DNA of 64,000 nt. It comes from Pseudomonadota bacterium (lineage in GTDB: Bacteria > Myxococcota_A > UBA796 > UBA9615). The translations under genes were made by a program, and so were the position numbers. Location of the stretch: assembly GCA_024229515.1 (NCBI GenBank), contig JAAESI010000071.1, positions 4,023 to 68,022 of the forward strand, written 5' to 3'. Below are positions 41,199 to 50,659 of the stretch, piece by piece. The notes below the pieces were generated by a model that saw nothing but the letters and a program-made list of their open reading frames with translations, was not told the origin of the DNA and searched no databases. How positions within the stretch are numbered: the stretch's first letter is position 1; the number at the start of each line of letters is the position of its first letter.

Positions 41199-43417
41199 CC
41201 ACCTCCGGATGCGACCTGCTCTTCCCCCCGGATGAGCCGGACGATCTCGACAACGACGGGTACGACGAGACCGTCGACTGCGACGATCTGAGCTCCGCGA
41301 CCTACCCGGGCGCGGGCGAGATCTGCGACAGCGCCGACAACGACTGCGACGGAACCGTCGACGAAGGCTTCGACGAGGACGCTGACGGCTTCAACACCTG
41401 CGGCGCCGACCAGGACTGCAACGACATCGACGCCTCCGTCTTCCCCGGCGCGGACGAGATCTGCGACGGCGCCGACAACAACTGCGACGGCGAGATCGAC
41501 GAGGGCTGTGAGGTCGACGTCGACAACGACAACGACGGCCACCTCGCGTCCGTCGACTGCAACGACTCCAACGCCCTCGTCTACCCGGGCGCCCCCGAGA
41601 CCTGCAACGGCATCGACGACAACTGCGACGACGTGGTCGACGAGGGCTTCGACGACGACGGCGACGGTTGGTCCGGCTGCAACGGCGTCGACTGCAACGA
41701 CGACGACCCCGCCATCCACCCCGAGGCGGTCGAGGTCTGCGATGGCGACGACGAGGACTGCGACGGCCTCGCCGACGAGGACTTCGACCTCGACGGGGAC
41801 GGCTGGACCACCTGCAAGGTGCAGCCCGACTGCGACGACAACGTCGCCTCCACCCACCCCTACGCGCCCGAGCAGTGCAACGGCGTGGACGACGACTGCG
41901 ACGGCCTCGTCGACGAGGACACCGACGACGACGGCGACGGCGACGGCGTCAGCGCCTGCGCGGGCGACTGCGACGACACCGACCCGGACATCTACCCCGG
42001 CGCCGTCGAGCTCCCCAACGGCGTGGACGACGACTGCAGCGGCGCCGCCGACGACGGCTACAGCGGGCAGATGAGCGCGTCGCTGTTCGTGCCGACGGTC
42101 ACCGGCTCGGAGACCCAGGAACGGCTCGGTGACGTGCTGTCCTCCGGCGGCCACTACAACGCCGACCCCTACGGCGACGTGCTCAGCGGCAGCGGCAGCT
42201 ACAACAGCGGCCAGGGGCGCGCGCACCTGATCCTCGGCGAGTCCTTCTCCACCGCCTCGCCGCCGGCCGCGGTGGCTCCGTTTGCGACCGTGACCGGCAC
42301 CACCTCGGGCGAGTACCTCGGCTGGTCGGTGGACCAGGGCGACCTCAACGACGACGGCTACGACGACCTCATCATCGGCGCCCCTGAGTTCAACACCGCC
42401 TCGCCTCCCAACGGCAGCGTCTACGTCTTCTTCGGCAGCGCCGCCGTCACGGGCGGCACGTGGCCTCCGGGGGCCGCGGACGTGCACCTCGAGGGGAGCC
42501 TGTCGACCGAGCAGTGCGGCACCGCGGTCGCTGCGCTGGGCGACGTCAACGGCGACGGCGTCGGCGACCTCGGCTTCACCTGCCCCTGGTACGACTCCGG
42601 CGGGGGCATCCTCCGCGGCCGCACCATCGTCGTGTACGGCGCGGCGACGTGGCCCTCCGAGGTGACCGCCGACGCTGGCGACGTGCGGCTGGTGGGCGCC
42701 GACGCGGACATCGAATCGGGCCAGGCGCTGGCCGGCAGCGACGTCAACGGCGACGGGTTCGCCGACATCGCCATCGGCTCCCCCAACTACGACGGCGGTC
42801 GCGGCCGGGTGGTCTTGTTCGCCGGCTCGGGGAGCCTCTCGGGCTCCCTCACGTTCAACTCCGCGCTGCGCTCCTGGATCGGGGACGGCGGCGACGGAGT
42901 GGGCGAGTTCCTCCTGGGCGGGGACGCCGACGGCGACGCCTACGGGGACCTCCTCATCGGCGCCCCCGGCGTCGCCTCGGACACCGGCCGGCTGGGTCTG
43001 CTCCGCGGCGCCGCCAGCCCCCCCGCCTCGGCCGTGGCGTGGAGCGCGGTGCAGCTGTACGTCAGCGGCTCCGCCACCACCGAGCAGGCTGGCTTCAGCG
43101 GCGCGCTGGGCGACATCGACGGCGACGGCATCCCCGACCTGCTCGCCTCGACCCCCGGCTGGGACGGTTCCGGCGGCGGAGATCAGGGAACGCTTCAAAT
43201 GTTCTACGGTCCGCTGACGTCCTACTCCGGAATGGTCTCCTCCTCGTCCGCTGACGCGTTCGTCGTCGGCGCGGCCGGAGGCGACTTCCTCGGAGGTGCG
43301 GTGGGTGTGGTGCCGGACTTCAATGGCGATGGCGCGGACGACGTGCTCGTGGCCAGTCCCTTCTCCGACGCCGGCGGCGGCAACGCCGGCCGCATCTACT
43401 TCGTCCCCGGCTTCTAG
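41159..43417 (+). CDS. Large lipoprotein with MopE-like cysteine repeats followed by FG-GAP (integrin alpha-like) repeats
   Basis: Lipobox LATSGC. About 8 CDGxDNDCDG modules, then DVNGDGxxDLxxGAP repeats. Confidence 0.8.
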   Translation: MRASLVVFVALALATSGCDLLFPPDEPDDLDNDGYDETVDCDDLSSATYPGAGEICDSADNDCDGTVDEGFDEDADGFNTCGADQDCNDIDASVFPGADEICDGADNNCDGEIDEGCEVDVDNDNDGHLASVDCNDSNALVYPGAPETCNGIDDNCDDVVDEGFDDDGDGWSGCNGVDCNDDDPAIHPEAVEVCDGDDEDCDGLADEDFDLDGDGWTTCKVQPDCDDNVASTHPYAPEQCNGVDDDCDGLVDEDTDDDGDGDGVSACAGDCDDTDPDIYPGAVELPNGVDDDCSGAADDGYSGQMSASLFVPTVTGSETQERLGDVLSSGGHYNADPYGDVLSGSGSYNSGQGRAHLILGESFSTASPPAAVAPFATVTGTTSGEYLGWSVDQGDLNDDGYDDLIIGAPEFNTASPPNGSVYVFFGSAAVTGGTWPPGAADVHLEGSLSTEQCGTAVAALGDVNGDGVGDLGFTCPWYDSGGGILRGRTIVVYGAATWPSEVTADAGDVRLVGADADIESGQALAGSDVNGDGFADIAIGSPNYDGGRGRVVLFAGSGSLSGSLTFNSALRSWIGDGGDGVGEFLLGGDADGDAYGDLLIGAPGVASDTGRLGLLRGAASPPASAVAWSAVQLYVSGSATTEQAGFSGALGDIDGDGIPDLLASTPGWDGSGGGDQGTLQMFYGPLTSYSGMVSSSSADAFVVGAAGGDFLGGAVGVVPDFNGDGADDVLVASPFSDAGGGNAGRIYFVPGF
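41250..42060 (+). repeat. Tandem repeats encoding CDGxDNDCDG modules
   Basis: Same motif class as the repeat array at 22690..23880. Confidence 0.75.
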
Positions 43418-43438
43418 CTGCTCCTGGAACGCGCGCTC

Positions 43439-44479
43439 ATGAACCGTACCCACCTCTTCCTTCTGATCCTCCCCGGGATCCTGGCCGCCTGCGGCCCCAT
43501 CCTCGACGACGACGACGGGGAGCCGGTCGTAGTCGGCACCAGCAGCGGCGCCGTGCAGCGCTTCGGCGCCACCGAGGAGGCGGGTGCGTCCGTCATCTGG
43601 TCGGGCTCCATCGACCCGTCCAACAACGTCCGCATCATCGCGGACGGCTCGGATGTGTTCGTCGCCAGCGGCCAGGAGGTCAAGCTCTTCGACGACGGCG
43701 ACGCCGGGGCCGACTTCTGGGACCCGCCGGTCTCGTTCGCCACCGACGTCATCGCGATCGCGGGACCCGTCGGCGGGGCGATCTTCGTGCTCACCGACTC
43801 AGCCCTGGTGGCGATTCAAATCGCCGACGGCGCCGAGCTCTGGAACATCGACCTGTTCGACCTCGGCGACCCCTCCGACGACGCGCTCACGGTGGTCGAC
43901 GGCGCGCTCTTCCTGGCGGGCAATCCGACCAACCGCATCGACCCCGACACCGGCGACGTCACGCACTCGGCCGCCGGCACCGCCTCCATCTCCCGCCTCG
44001 TGGGGGCCTCCGGCAGCGTCTACGTCGGCGGCCCCAACGGCGTCACCGCCTACTCCTCGTCGGACCTCAGCCAGTCCTGGCACCACGACACGGACGGCTC
44101 CGTGGACGATCTGGTCGTCAGCGGCGGCTCCGTGGGCTACGCGGTCTTCGGCGGCACCGGCGGTCTGGGCCTGCTCACCACCTCGGGCAACCCCGTGGCC
44201 CAGGCGGAGCCGGACGAGGTCTTCCAGGCCCTCGCGCTCGGCGGAAATCTGCTGCTGGGGGCGCGCGCCGACGGCACCCTCGTGGCGCTGGACGAAGCCG
44301 ACCTGGCGGAGGTCTGGACCGCCCCCGGCGACTCGGACGTGCGCGGCCTGTCGCTGAACTCCCAGACGATCTTCTACGCCTCCGGCGGCACGCTGGACGG
44401 CATCAACCTGGCCGACGGGGGGCACCTGTACGGCCCGGTCTCGGGCAACGGATCCATCGTCGCGGCGCAGGCTCTCTAG
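43439..44479 (+). CDS. Lipoprotein, PQQ-like beta-propeller repeat protein
   Basis: Lipobox ILAAC, a DDDDGE acidic stretch, and repeated about 40-aa beta-strand units. Confidence 0.65.
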   Translation: MNRTHLFLLILPGILAACGPILDDDDGEPVVVGTSSGAVQRFGATEEAGASVIWSGSIDPSNNVRIIADGSDVFVASGQEVKLFDDGDAGADFWDPPVSFATDVIAIAGPVGGAIFVLTDSALVAIQIADGAELWNIDLFDLGDPSDDALTVVDGALFLAGNPTNRIDPDTGDVTHSAAGTASISRLVGASGSVYVGGPNGVTAYSSSDLSQSWHHDTDGSVDDLVVSGGSVGYAVFGGTGGLGLLTTSGNPVAQAEPDEVFQALALGGNLLLGARADGTLVALDEADLAEVWTAPGDSDVRGLSLNSQTIFYASGGTLDGINLADGGHLYGPVSGNGSIVAAQAL

Positions 44480-45441
44480 GCCTCCGGCTTCGGCCAGTTC
44501 GACGTCGACGGGTCCACGATGAAGCGGCCCGCGAGCACGTCCCGGCCGAGCCGAAGTCCCCGCTCCCCGCGCTCGATCGTCAACGCCGCGCGCACCGACA
44601 GGGTGTGCCCGGCGACCGTCACCTCGAGGGCGACCGACGGCTCATGAGGGGCGGCCGCTTCCAGCTCGATCTCGGCTCCGTCGTCCGCGAGGCGCACGCG
44701 CAGCAGACGCCCTCCGGGGGCGTCCTCGGCCAGCTCCCAGGCGGCGACCAGCAAGTGGCTCCCCTCCTGCGTCACGTCCGCGACGTACAGTTGATCGGGG
44801 AGGATGGGGCTCTCGATGCGGGCCGTCCCGCGCCAGGGGAGGGTCTTCGCCGGCGTCGCGGCCGGGGCGGCGGCGATCGGCTGCGCCTCGCCCGACTCCA
44901 GGAGCAACGCCACGGGAGGGGGCAGCTCCAGGGGCGGGGGCGGCGGGACCGCGAGCACGCCCGGATCCGGGTCCAGCGGCTCGTTGCCGATGGGCGCCCA
45001 CGGATCCTTGAGCTCCACCTGGGCGGCGGCGGTGATCTCCATGTCGTCGACCTCGGTGTCCTGCACCTGGTCCCAGAGGGTGTCCTCGGTGATCGGCTCC
45101 TCGGTGGCGATCAGCTCGATGTCGCCGGCGGTCACGTCCTCGACGGGCACCCACAGCTCCGGCCGATCGGGCTCCTCCGGCGCCGCGGCGGGCTCTTCCG
45201 GCTCGGACTCCTCGGAGGCCTCCGCGGTGGGGAGGTGGGCCGACGAGATGATCGCCGCGATCGCCGCCTGGCTGGTCGCGTCGTCGTCGTCCCCGTCCCC
45301 GTCGATCTCCATGTCCAGGTCGTCGTCGCTGTCGTCGGCGTCGTCTCCGATCGCCTCGTCCAGCGCCGCGGCCATGTCCTCCGGAGACAGCGAGTCGGCG
45401 GGGTCGGCCTTCTTCTTCTTCTTTTTGGGGTCGTCCGCCAT
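44476..45441 (-). CDS. Highly acidic hypothetical protein with an N-terminal poly-Lys patch
   Basis: MADDPKKKKKKAD..., Asp/Glu-rich throughout. There are 4-bp overlaps at both ends. Confidence 0.5.
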   Translation of the reverse strand: MADDPKKKKKKADPADSLSPEDMAAALDEAIGDDADDSDDDLDMEIDGDGDDDDATSQAAIAAIISSAHLPTAEASEESEPEEPAAAPEEPDRPELWVPVEDVTAGDIELIATEEPITEDTLWDQVQDTEVDDMEITAAAQVELKDPWAPIGNEPLDPDPGVLAVPPPPPLELPPPVALLLESGEAQPIAAAPAATPAKTLPWRGTARIESPILPDQLYVADVTQEGSHLLVAAWELAEDAPGGRLLRVRLADDGAEIELEAAAPHEPSVALEVTVAGHTLSVRAALTIERGERGLRLGRDVLAGRFIVDPSTSNWPKPEA

Positions 45442-46427
45442 CAGCTCGTCCAGCGCTCGTCCAGCCGTCCGAGCACGCGGCGGACGAACACCGCCACCAT
45501 CTTGCGGCGGTACTTCGGGTCCAGGGGCACGTTGCGGTAGGCGACCGACGCCTTCATGCAGGCGGTGCCGATTTCCGCGGCCAGATCCGGCGAGGGGGTG
45601 CGTCCGAGGAAGCCGGCGACGGCCTCATCGAGGGAGTCCGGCTTGCTCCGCAGCGCCGTCGTGCAGACGTGCAGCCGGTCCAGCGCGCCGGAGGCGTCCA
45701 GCCGGTATGCGACCGCCACGCCGAGGCTGGGGAAGTCGATCGAGTCGCGGATGCGGAGCTTGTTGTAGCCCGCCGTCAGCTCCTGGGCGGCGTCGGGGAT
45801 GTTGACGCCGACGAGGAGCTCGCCGGCCCTGCGGTCGCGGAAGCGAACGATCCCCTCGTCCTCGAAGAAGTCGGCCACGGGCACGGTGCGCGCGCCCTCG
45901 GACGACAGCAGCTCCAGCTCCGCGCCGAGCACCACCAGCGCCGCCGCCAGCTCGCCGCTGTAGGTCGCGTAGCAGTGGTCGTTGCTCGCCGGCACCACGA
46001 GGCACTGGCCGCCTTCGGCCTTGAGGCAGAAGTTCTTGCTCGCCCGCCACATGGGGCTCTGGTTGAAGTAGTAGCAGCGGGTATCCAGCATCAGGTTGCC
46101 GCCGACCGTGCCGTGCTCGCGCAGCGGGGGCGAGCTGATCGCCTTGGCCGTCTGCACCAGGACGGGGAGGGCCGCGGCGAGCTCGGCGGAGCGCTCGATC
46201 TCCACCAGCCGGGTCAGCGCCCCCAGCCGGGACGTCGTGCACTCGCGCAGGCCGTCGAGCCCAGCGAGGGAGACGACGTGGCCCTTGTTGTTGAGCCGGT
46301 TCTTGTAGTTGGGGAGCAGGTCCGTGCCGCCCGCGACCACGTCGACGTCATCGCTGAAGCGGGCCATCAACGCCGCCGCTTCCGCGGGCGTGGAGGGGCG
46401 GTGGTACTCGAACGCGGGCAGATCCAT
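45441..46427 (-). CDS. Xanthine dehydrogenase family FAD-binding subunit (CoxM-like medium subunit)
   Basis: FAD-binding motifs (VAGGTDLLP, the GTVGGNL region). Confidence 0.9.
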   Translation of the reverse strand: MDLPAFEYHRPSTPAEAAALMARFSDDVDVVAGGTDLLPNYKNRLNNKGHVVSLAGLDGLRECTTSRLGALTRLVEIERSAELAAALPVLVQTAKAISSPPLREHGTVGGNLMLDTRCYYFNQSPMWRASKNFCLKAEGGQCLVVPASNDHCYATYSGELAAALVVLGAELELLSSEGARTVPVADFFEDEGIVRFRDRRAGELLVGVNIPDAAQELTAGYNKLRIRDSIDFPSLGVAVAYRLDASGALDRLHVCTTALRSKPDSLDEAVAGFLGRTPSPDLAAEIGTACMKASVAYRNVPLDPKYRRKMVAVFVRRVLGRLDERWTS

Positions 46428-48841
46428 CAGGCGCTCCCAGCGGCCTTGGCCGCCTTCCGGTCGGCGCGGGCCTTCCGTTCGATCGCCGCGAGCACGACGT
46501 CCGGGGTCAACGGCAGCTTCCGCACCCGCACCCCGACCGCGTCGTAGACCGCGTTGGCGACCGCGGGGAGGATCGGCGCCAGGCCGCCCTCACCGCACTC
46601 CTTGGCGCCGAACGGCCCCTCCGGGTCGATGGACTCGACCAGGGTCACGTCGAGCTCCGGCATCTGCGAGGACGTGGGCATGCGGTAGTCGAGGAAGTTG
46701 GCGTTGAGCAGGTTCGGACCGTTGTAGTCCATCTCCTCGCACAGCACCTGACCCAGCCCCATGTGGATGGAGCCTTCGATCTGGCCTTCGACGCTGAGCG
46801 GATTCAGGGCGCGCCCGCAGTCGTGGGCCGCCCACACCTTGATCGGCTGGATGAAGCCGGTGTCGGTGTCGACCTCGAGCTCGCACACGTACGAGGTGTA
46901 GGAGTAGGTCGGGGACAGCCCCGCGCCGGCACCCTTGTAGGTGGTCACGCCCATCGGGGGGGAGGTGTAGGAGCCGGAGACGGTCAGCGCCCCCTTGCCC
47001 GCGAGGGCCTCCTCCAGCGCCTCTTCGTACTTCACCGAGGCCTCGGGCCAGTGCCGGTTGTAGACCCAGCCCTCGCGCATGTCGAAGGACTTGGGGGCGT
47101 AGCCGGAGATCTTGGCGGCGGCGGCGATCAGCTTTTCGCGCAGCGCCTCCCCGGCGCGCTTGGCCGCGAGCCCGTTCATGAAGGTGACGCGTGAGCTGTA
47201 GGAGCCCAGGTCGATGGGCGACATGTCCGTGTCCACGGCGTAGACGCGGAACATGCTCATCGGCAAGCCGAGCACCTCGGCGACGCACTGCGCCGTCATC
47301 GTGTCGCTGCCCTGGCCGATGTCGGCGGCGCCGGTGTGGACCGTGACCCCGCCGTCCATGTCGACCTTGAGGTGCACGGTCGAGTGGGGGAGCCGGTTGG
47401 CGTGGATCTGGAGCGCCGAGCCGGAGATGTAGAAGCCGCAGCCGATGCCGATGCCGCGCCCCGGGGGCAGCTTCCGGTACTTCGCCTTGAAGTCGGACTT
47501 CCGGGCGACCGTCTCGATGCACTCCTTCATCCCGTTGCTGGTGATGCGGAAGCCGTTGATGAGGGTCGAGAACTCCGGGAGCACGTTCTGGAGGCGGGTG
47601 TCGATGGGATCGAGCCCGGCCTGTTCGCACAGCTCGTCCAGCAGCACCTCGGTGCACATCCGGCTGTTGACGCTGCCGTGGCCGCGCATGGCGCCGCTGA
47701 CGGGGCGGTTCGAGTAGACCCGGGTGCCCTGGTACTTGAACGCGGGGAGGCGGTAGGGGCCGTGGGACAGCACGCCGTTGTAGTAGGAGGTGACGACCCC
47801 GAAGCTGCCGAAGGCGCCGCCGTCGATCAGTGCGTCGATCTCCAACGCCTTGATGTTGCCGTCCTTGCCCAGCGCCATCTTCGCGGTGGTGGCGGTGGGG
47901 TGGCGTCCGTGGTTGCTGAAGAAGACCTCCTCGCGATCGAAGAGCATCTTGATGGGCCGCCCGATCTTGCGGGCGAGGTGGCAGACCACCATCTCGTGCG
48001 GGAAGGGGTCGCTCTTGCCGCCGAAGCCGCCGCCGACCGCGGGCTTGATGACCCGGATCTGGTGCATCGGCAGTTCGAGCACCTTGGCGACCGCCTTGTG
48101 CGTGTAGTGCGGGACCTGCTGGCTGGTCCACAGGACCATGCGCTGGTCCGGGGTCCAGTGGGCGATCGCGGCGATGGGCTCGGTGAAGGCGTGGGTCACC
48201 GCCTTGAACTCGAAGCTCCCCTCGGCCACGTAGTCGGCGGCCGCGAAGGCCTCCTCGGGACCGCCGAAGGACTGCTTCACCCGCTTGTGGATGTTGTTCT
48301 CGAAGCGGATGTGCTCGTGGATCTTCTCTTCGCCCTCGCGCAGGTCGCGCACGCTGTCCTGCTTCTTGAGGAAGGCGGGCAGCTCGGTGACCTGGACGTC
48401 GACGAGCTCCAGGGCGGCGTTGGCGATCGCTTCGGTGTCAGCGGCCACGGCGACGACGCCTTCGCCCAGGTGGCGGACCTTGTCGACGGCCAGCGCGGTC
48501 TCGTCCTGGCTGATCGGGAGCACGCCGAACTTGATGGGCAGCTCGGTACCGACCATGACGCCGTGCACGCCGGGGAGGGCTTCGGCCTTGCTCGTGTCGA
48601 TCGAGTCGATCCGCGCGTAGGCCCACGGCGACCGCCAGATCTTGCAGATCAGCATCCCCGGAAGTTGGATGTCGTCGCAGTACACCGTCTGGCCGGTGAC
48701 CTTGCAGCGCGCATCCAGGAGCGGAACCCGCTGCCCGATGATGTTGAACCCGTCCGGCGGGTCGGGGCGTCGCTTGTCTTCCGGCGGCTTGGGGAGCCCG
48801 GCGGCGCGGCGTGCAGCTTTTTCGTCCTGGTAGGCAACCAT
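46427..48841 (-). CDS. Xanthine dehydrogenase family molybdopterin-binding large subunit
   Basis: a/b hammerhead and MoCo-binding domains (GGGFGGK, the HGSV region). Overlaps the medium subunit by 1 bp. Confidence 0.93.
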   Translation of the reverse strand: MVAYQDEKAARRAAGLPKPPEDKRRPDPPDGFNIIGQRVPLLDARCKVTGQTVYCDDIQLPGMLICKIWRSPWAYARIDSIDTSKAEALPGVHGVMVGTELPIKFGVLPISQDETALAVDKVRHLGEGVVAVAADTEAIANAALELVDVQVTELPAFLKKQDSVRDLREGEEKIHEHIRFENNIHKRVKQSFGGPEEAFAAADYVAEGSFEFKAVTHAFTEPIAAIAHWTPDQRMVLWTSQQVPHYTHKAVAKVLELPMHQIRVIKPAVGGGFGGKSDPFPHEMVVCHLARKIGRPIKMLFDREEVFFSNHGRHPTATTAKMALGKDGNIKALEIDALIDGGAFGSFGVVTSYYNGVLSHGPYRLPAFKYQGTRVYSNRPVSGAMRGHGSVNSRMCTEVLLDELCEQAGLDPIDTRLQNVLPEFSTLINGFRITSNGMKECIETVARKSDFKAKYRKLPPGRGIGIGCGFYISGSALQIHANRLPHSTVHLKVDMDGGVTVHTGAADIGQGSDTMTAQCVAEVLGLPMSMFRVYAVDTDMSPIDLGSYSSRVTFMNGLAAKRAGEALREKLIAAAAKISGYAPKSFDMREGWVYNRHWPEASVKYEEALEEALAGKGALTVSGSYTSPPMGVTTYKGAGAGLSPTYSYTSYVCELEVDTDTGFIQPIKVWAAHDCGRALNPLSVEGQIEGSIHMGLGQVLCEEMDYNGPNLLNANFLDYRMPTSSQMPELDVTLVESIDPEGPFGAKECGEGGLAPILPAVANAVYDAVGVRVRKLPLTPDVVLAAIERKARADRKAAKAAGSA

Positions 48842-48883
48842 GGGGCTACGGAATGTAGCAGCGGCCCTGGCCGCGGTCGCGCG

Positions 48884-49372
48884 TCAGTCAGCGACGATGC
48901 GGACGGTCGCTTCGTCCCCCCCGGCGGAGACCCGGACCACCGTCTCGGAGGGGAACTCGATGCGCTCGCGCATTCCGACCCAGATCATCGCGTGGCCGTT
49001 GTCGTCGGTCGCGAGGGACAGGGGCCCGTCGCCCTCGGCGAGTGACTCGATCGGGGCCAGCGGGAGGCTGCAGTCGGGGGTGAAGAGCGCCTCGATGTCC
49101 TCGGTCCGGATCATCCCCAGGCTCGTGTCCAGAAGCTCGAACTCGACGTCCACGCCAGCGAGGGGGACGTTTTCCAGCGATGCCCGCACGTACGCGTCGA
49201 TGGGTACGCGCGGGGCGCGCTGCGTGCGCGCGAAGTCGGCCCAGATCGGGTGGTCGGCGATCTCGGCCCAGGGGGCACAGGCCTCCGCGTCGATGCCGAT
49301 CACGTCGTCGACCACCAGCTGCGTGCAGGCGGGAAGGACCAGGAGAAGGAGCGCGAGGGGGCGAGCGACCAT
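48884..49372 (-). CDS. Hypothetical lipoprotein
   Basis: Signal peptide with a lipobox, LLLVLPAC. Confidence 0.5.
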   Translation of the reverse strand: MVARPLALLLLVLPACTQLVVDDVIGIDAEACAPWAEIADHPIWADFARTQRAPRVPIDAYVRASLENVPLAGVDVEFELLDTSLGMIRTEDIEALFTPDCSLPLAPIESLAEGDGPLSLATDDNGHAMIWVGMRERIEFPSETVVRVSAGGDEATVRIVAD

Positions 49373-49446
49373 GGATCCAGGCTACCGCCGGGCACCTGTT
49401 ACAAAGCCAAGAATGGCCCGCAGCGTGGTTCGGCCAGTCCGTTAGG

Positions 49447-50613
49447 ATGCGGTCCGTGCGTCGTTTTTGGCTCCTGCTGTCCGTGTTCGTCCTCGTCGGC
49501 TGTCCGACCGGCGAGGAGATCATCGGCCTCGACCCCGCCCGCTTCACCGACGTCGAATGCGCCCCCGTCGGGGACAGCCGCTGCCTCGAGGGCATGTTCC
49601 AGACCTGCGAAGGCGGCTATTGGTACAATCAGGAACTCTGCGGTTCGGTCTGTTCGCTCGACCTGGGCTGCGTCGCCTGCGAACCGCTCATGGGCCGGGC
49701 CTGCGACGGCGACAACGTCGTCGGCTGCAACCCCGACGGCACCCTCGGTTCGATTCAACAGACCTGCGGCCTGGGCGGCTGCGTGCTCGGCCAGTGCGAG
49801 GACGACTGCGGCGAGGGCACCGACCTGATCTACGTCGTCGACCGCGACGACCGCTTCCTCAGCTTCGACCCGTGGGAGGACGCCTTCACCTTCACCGAGC
49901 TGGGCACCCTGGGATGCCCCGCCGGGAACCAGCTCGCCGGGTGGGGCGGCGGCGTCGGCCAGGGCACCCCCTTCTCGATGTCCCTGGACCGCAACGGGGT
50001 CGCCTGGGTGCTCTACACCAGCGGCGAGATCTTCCACGTGCCGATCAACAACGTGGACAACTGCCAGCCGTCCCCCTGGGTCAGCGGCTCCGAGGGCTTC
50101 GAGCTGTTCGGCATGGGCTTCGTCTCCGACGAGATCGGCGGGGAAGCGGAGACGCTGTACATCGCTGGCGGCACCGCCACGGCGATGAGCCAGCACCTCA
50201 CCGGTCGGCTCGGCGCGATCGATCCCGAGACCGCGCAGGTGAGCCCCGTGGGGAGCCTCACGCCGTCGGAGCTGGGGCCGGAGCTGACCGGCACCGGAGC
50301 GGCCGAGTCCTTCGCCTACTTCCCCGGCGTCGCCTCTTCGATGATCGCGCGCATCGACAAGTTCACCGGCCTCAACGCCGAGGAGTGGGCCATCGAGCCG
50401 CTGGACGGCCAGCTTCGGGCCTGGGCCTTCGCCCACTGGGGCGACCGCTTCTACATCTTCGTGACGTGGCAAGACCCGTTCGACGGGTCGCAGATCTCCC
50501 AGGTCCACCGGTTCGATCGCATCACCGGCGACGTGGAGATCATCATCCCCAGCCACAACTACCGAATCGTCGGCGCGGGGGTCTCGACCTGCGCCCCGTT
50601 CGTCTTCCAGTAG
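49447..50613 (+). CDS. Lipoprotein with an N-terminal cysteine-rich domain (hypothetical)
   Basis: Lipobox VLVGC, and 14 Cys in the first roughly 110 mature residues. Confidence 0.6.
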   Translation: MRSVRRFWLLLSVFVLVGCPTGEEIIGLDPARFTDVECAPVGDSRCLEGMFQTCEGGYWYNQELCGSVCSLDLGCVACEPLMGRACDGDNVVGCNPDGTLGSIQQTCGLGGCVLGQCEDDCGEGTDLIYVVDRDDRFLSFDPWEDAFTFTELGTLGCPAGNQLAGWGGGVGQGTPFSMSLDRNGVAWVLYTSGEIFHVPINNVDNCQPSPWVSGSEGFELFGMGFVSDEIGGEAETLYIAGGTATAMSQHLTGRLGAIDPETAQVSPVGSLTPSELGPELTGTGAAESFAYFPGVASSMIARIDKFTGLNAEEWAIEPLDGQLRAWAFAHWGDRFYIFVTWQDPFDGSQISQVHRFDRITGDVEIIIPSHNYRIVGAGVSTCAPFVFQ

Positions 50614-50659
50614 GAGTCTGAAAGGTCGGCTTCCGCCGGCCCTCCCTGGCCTCGGTACG

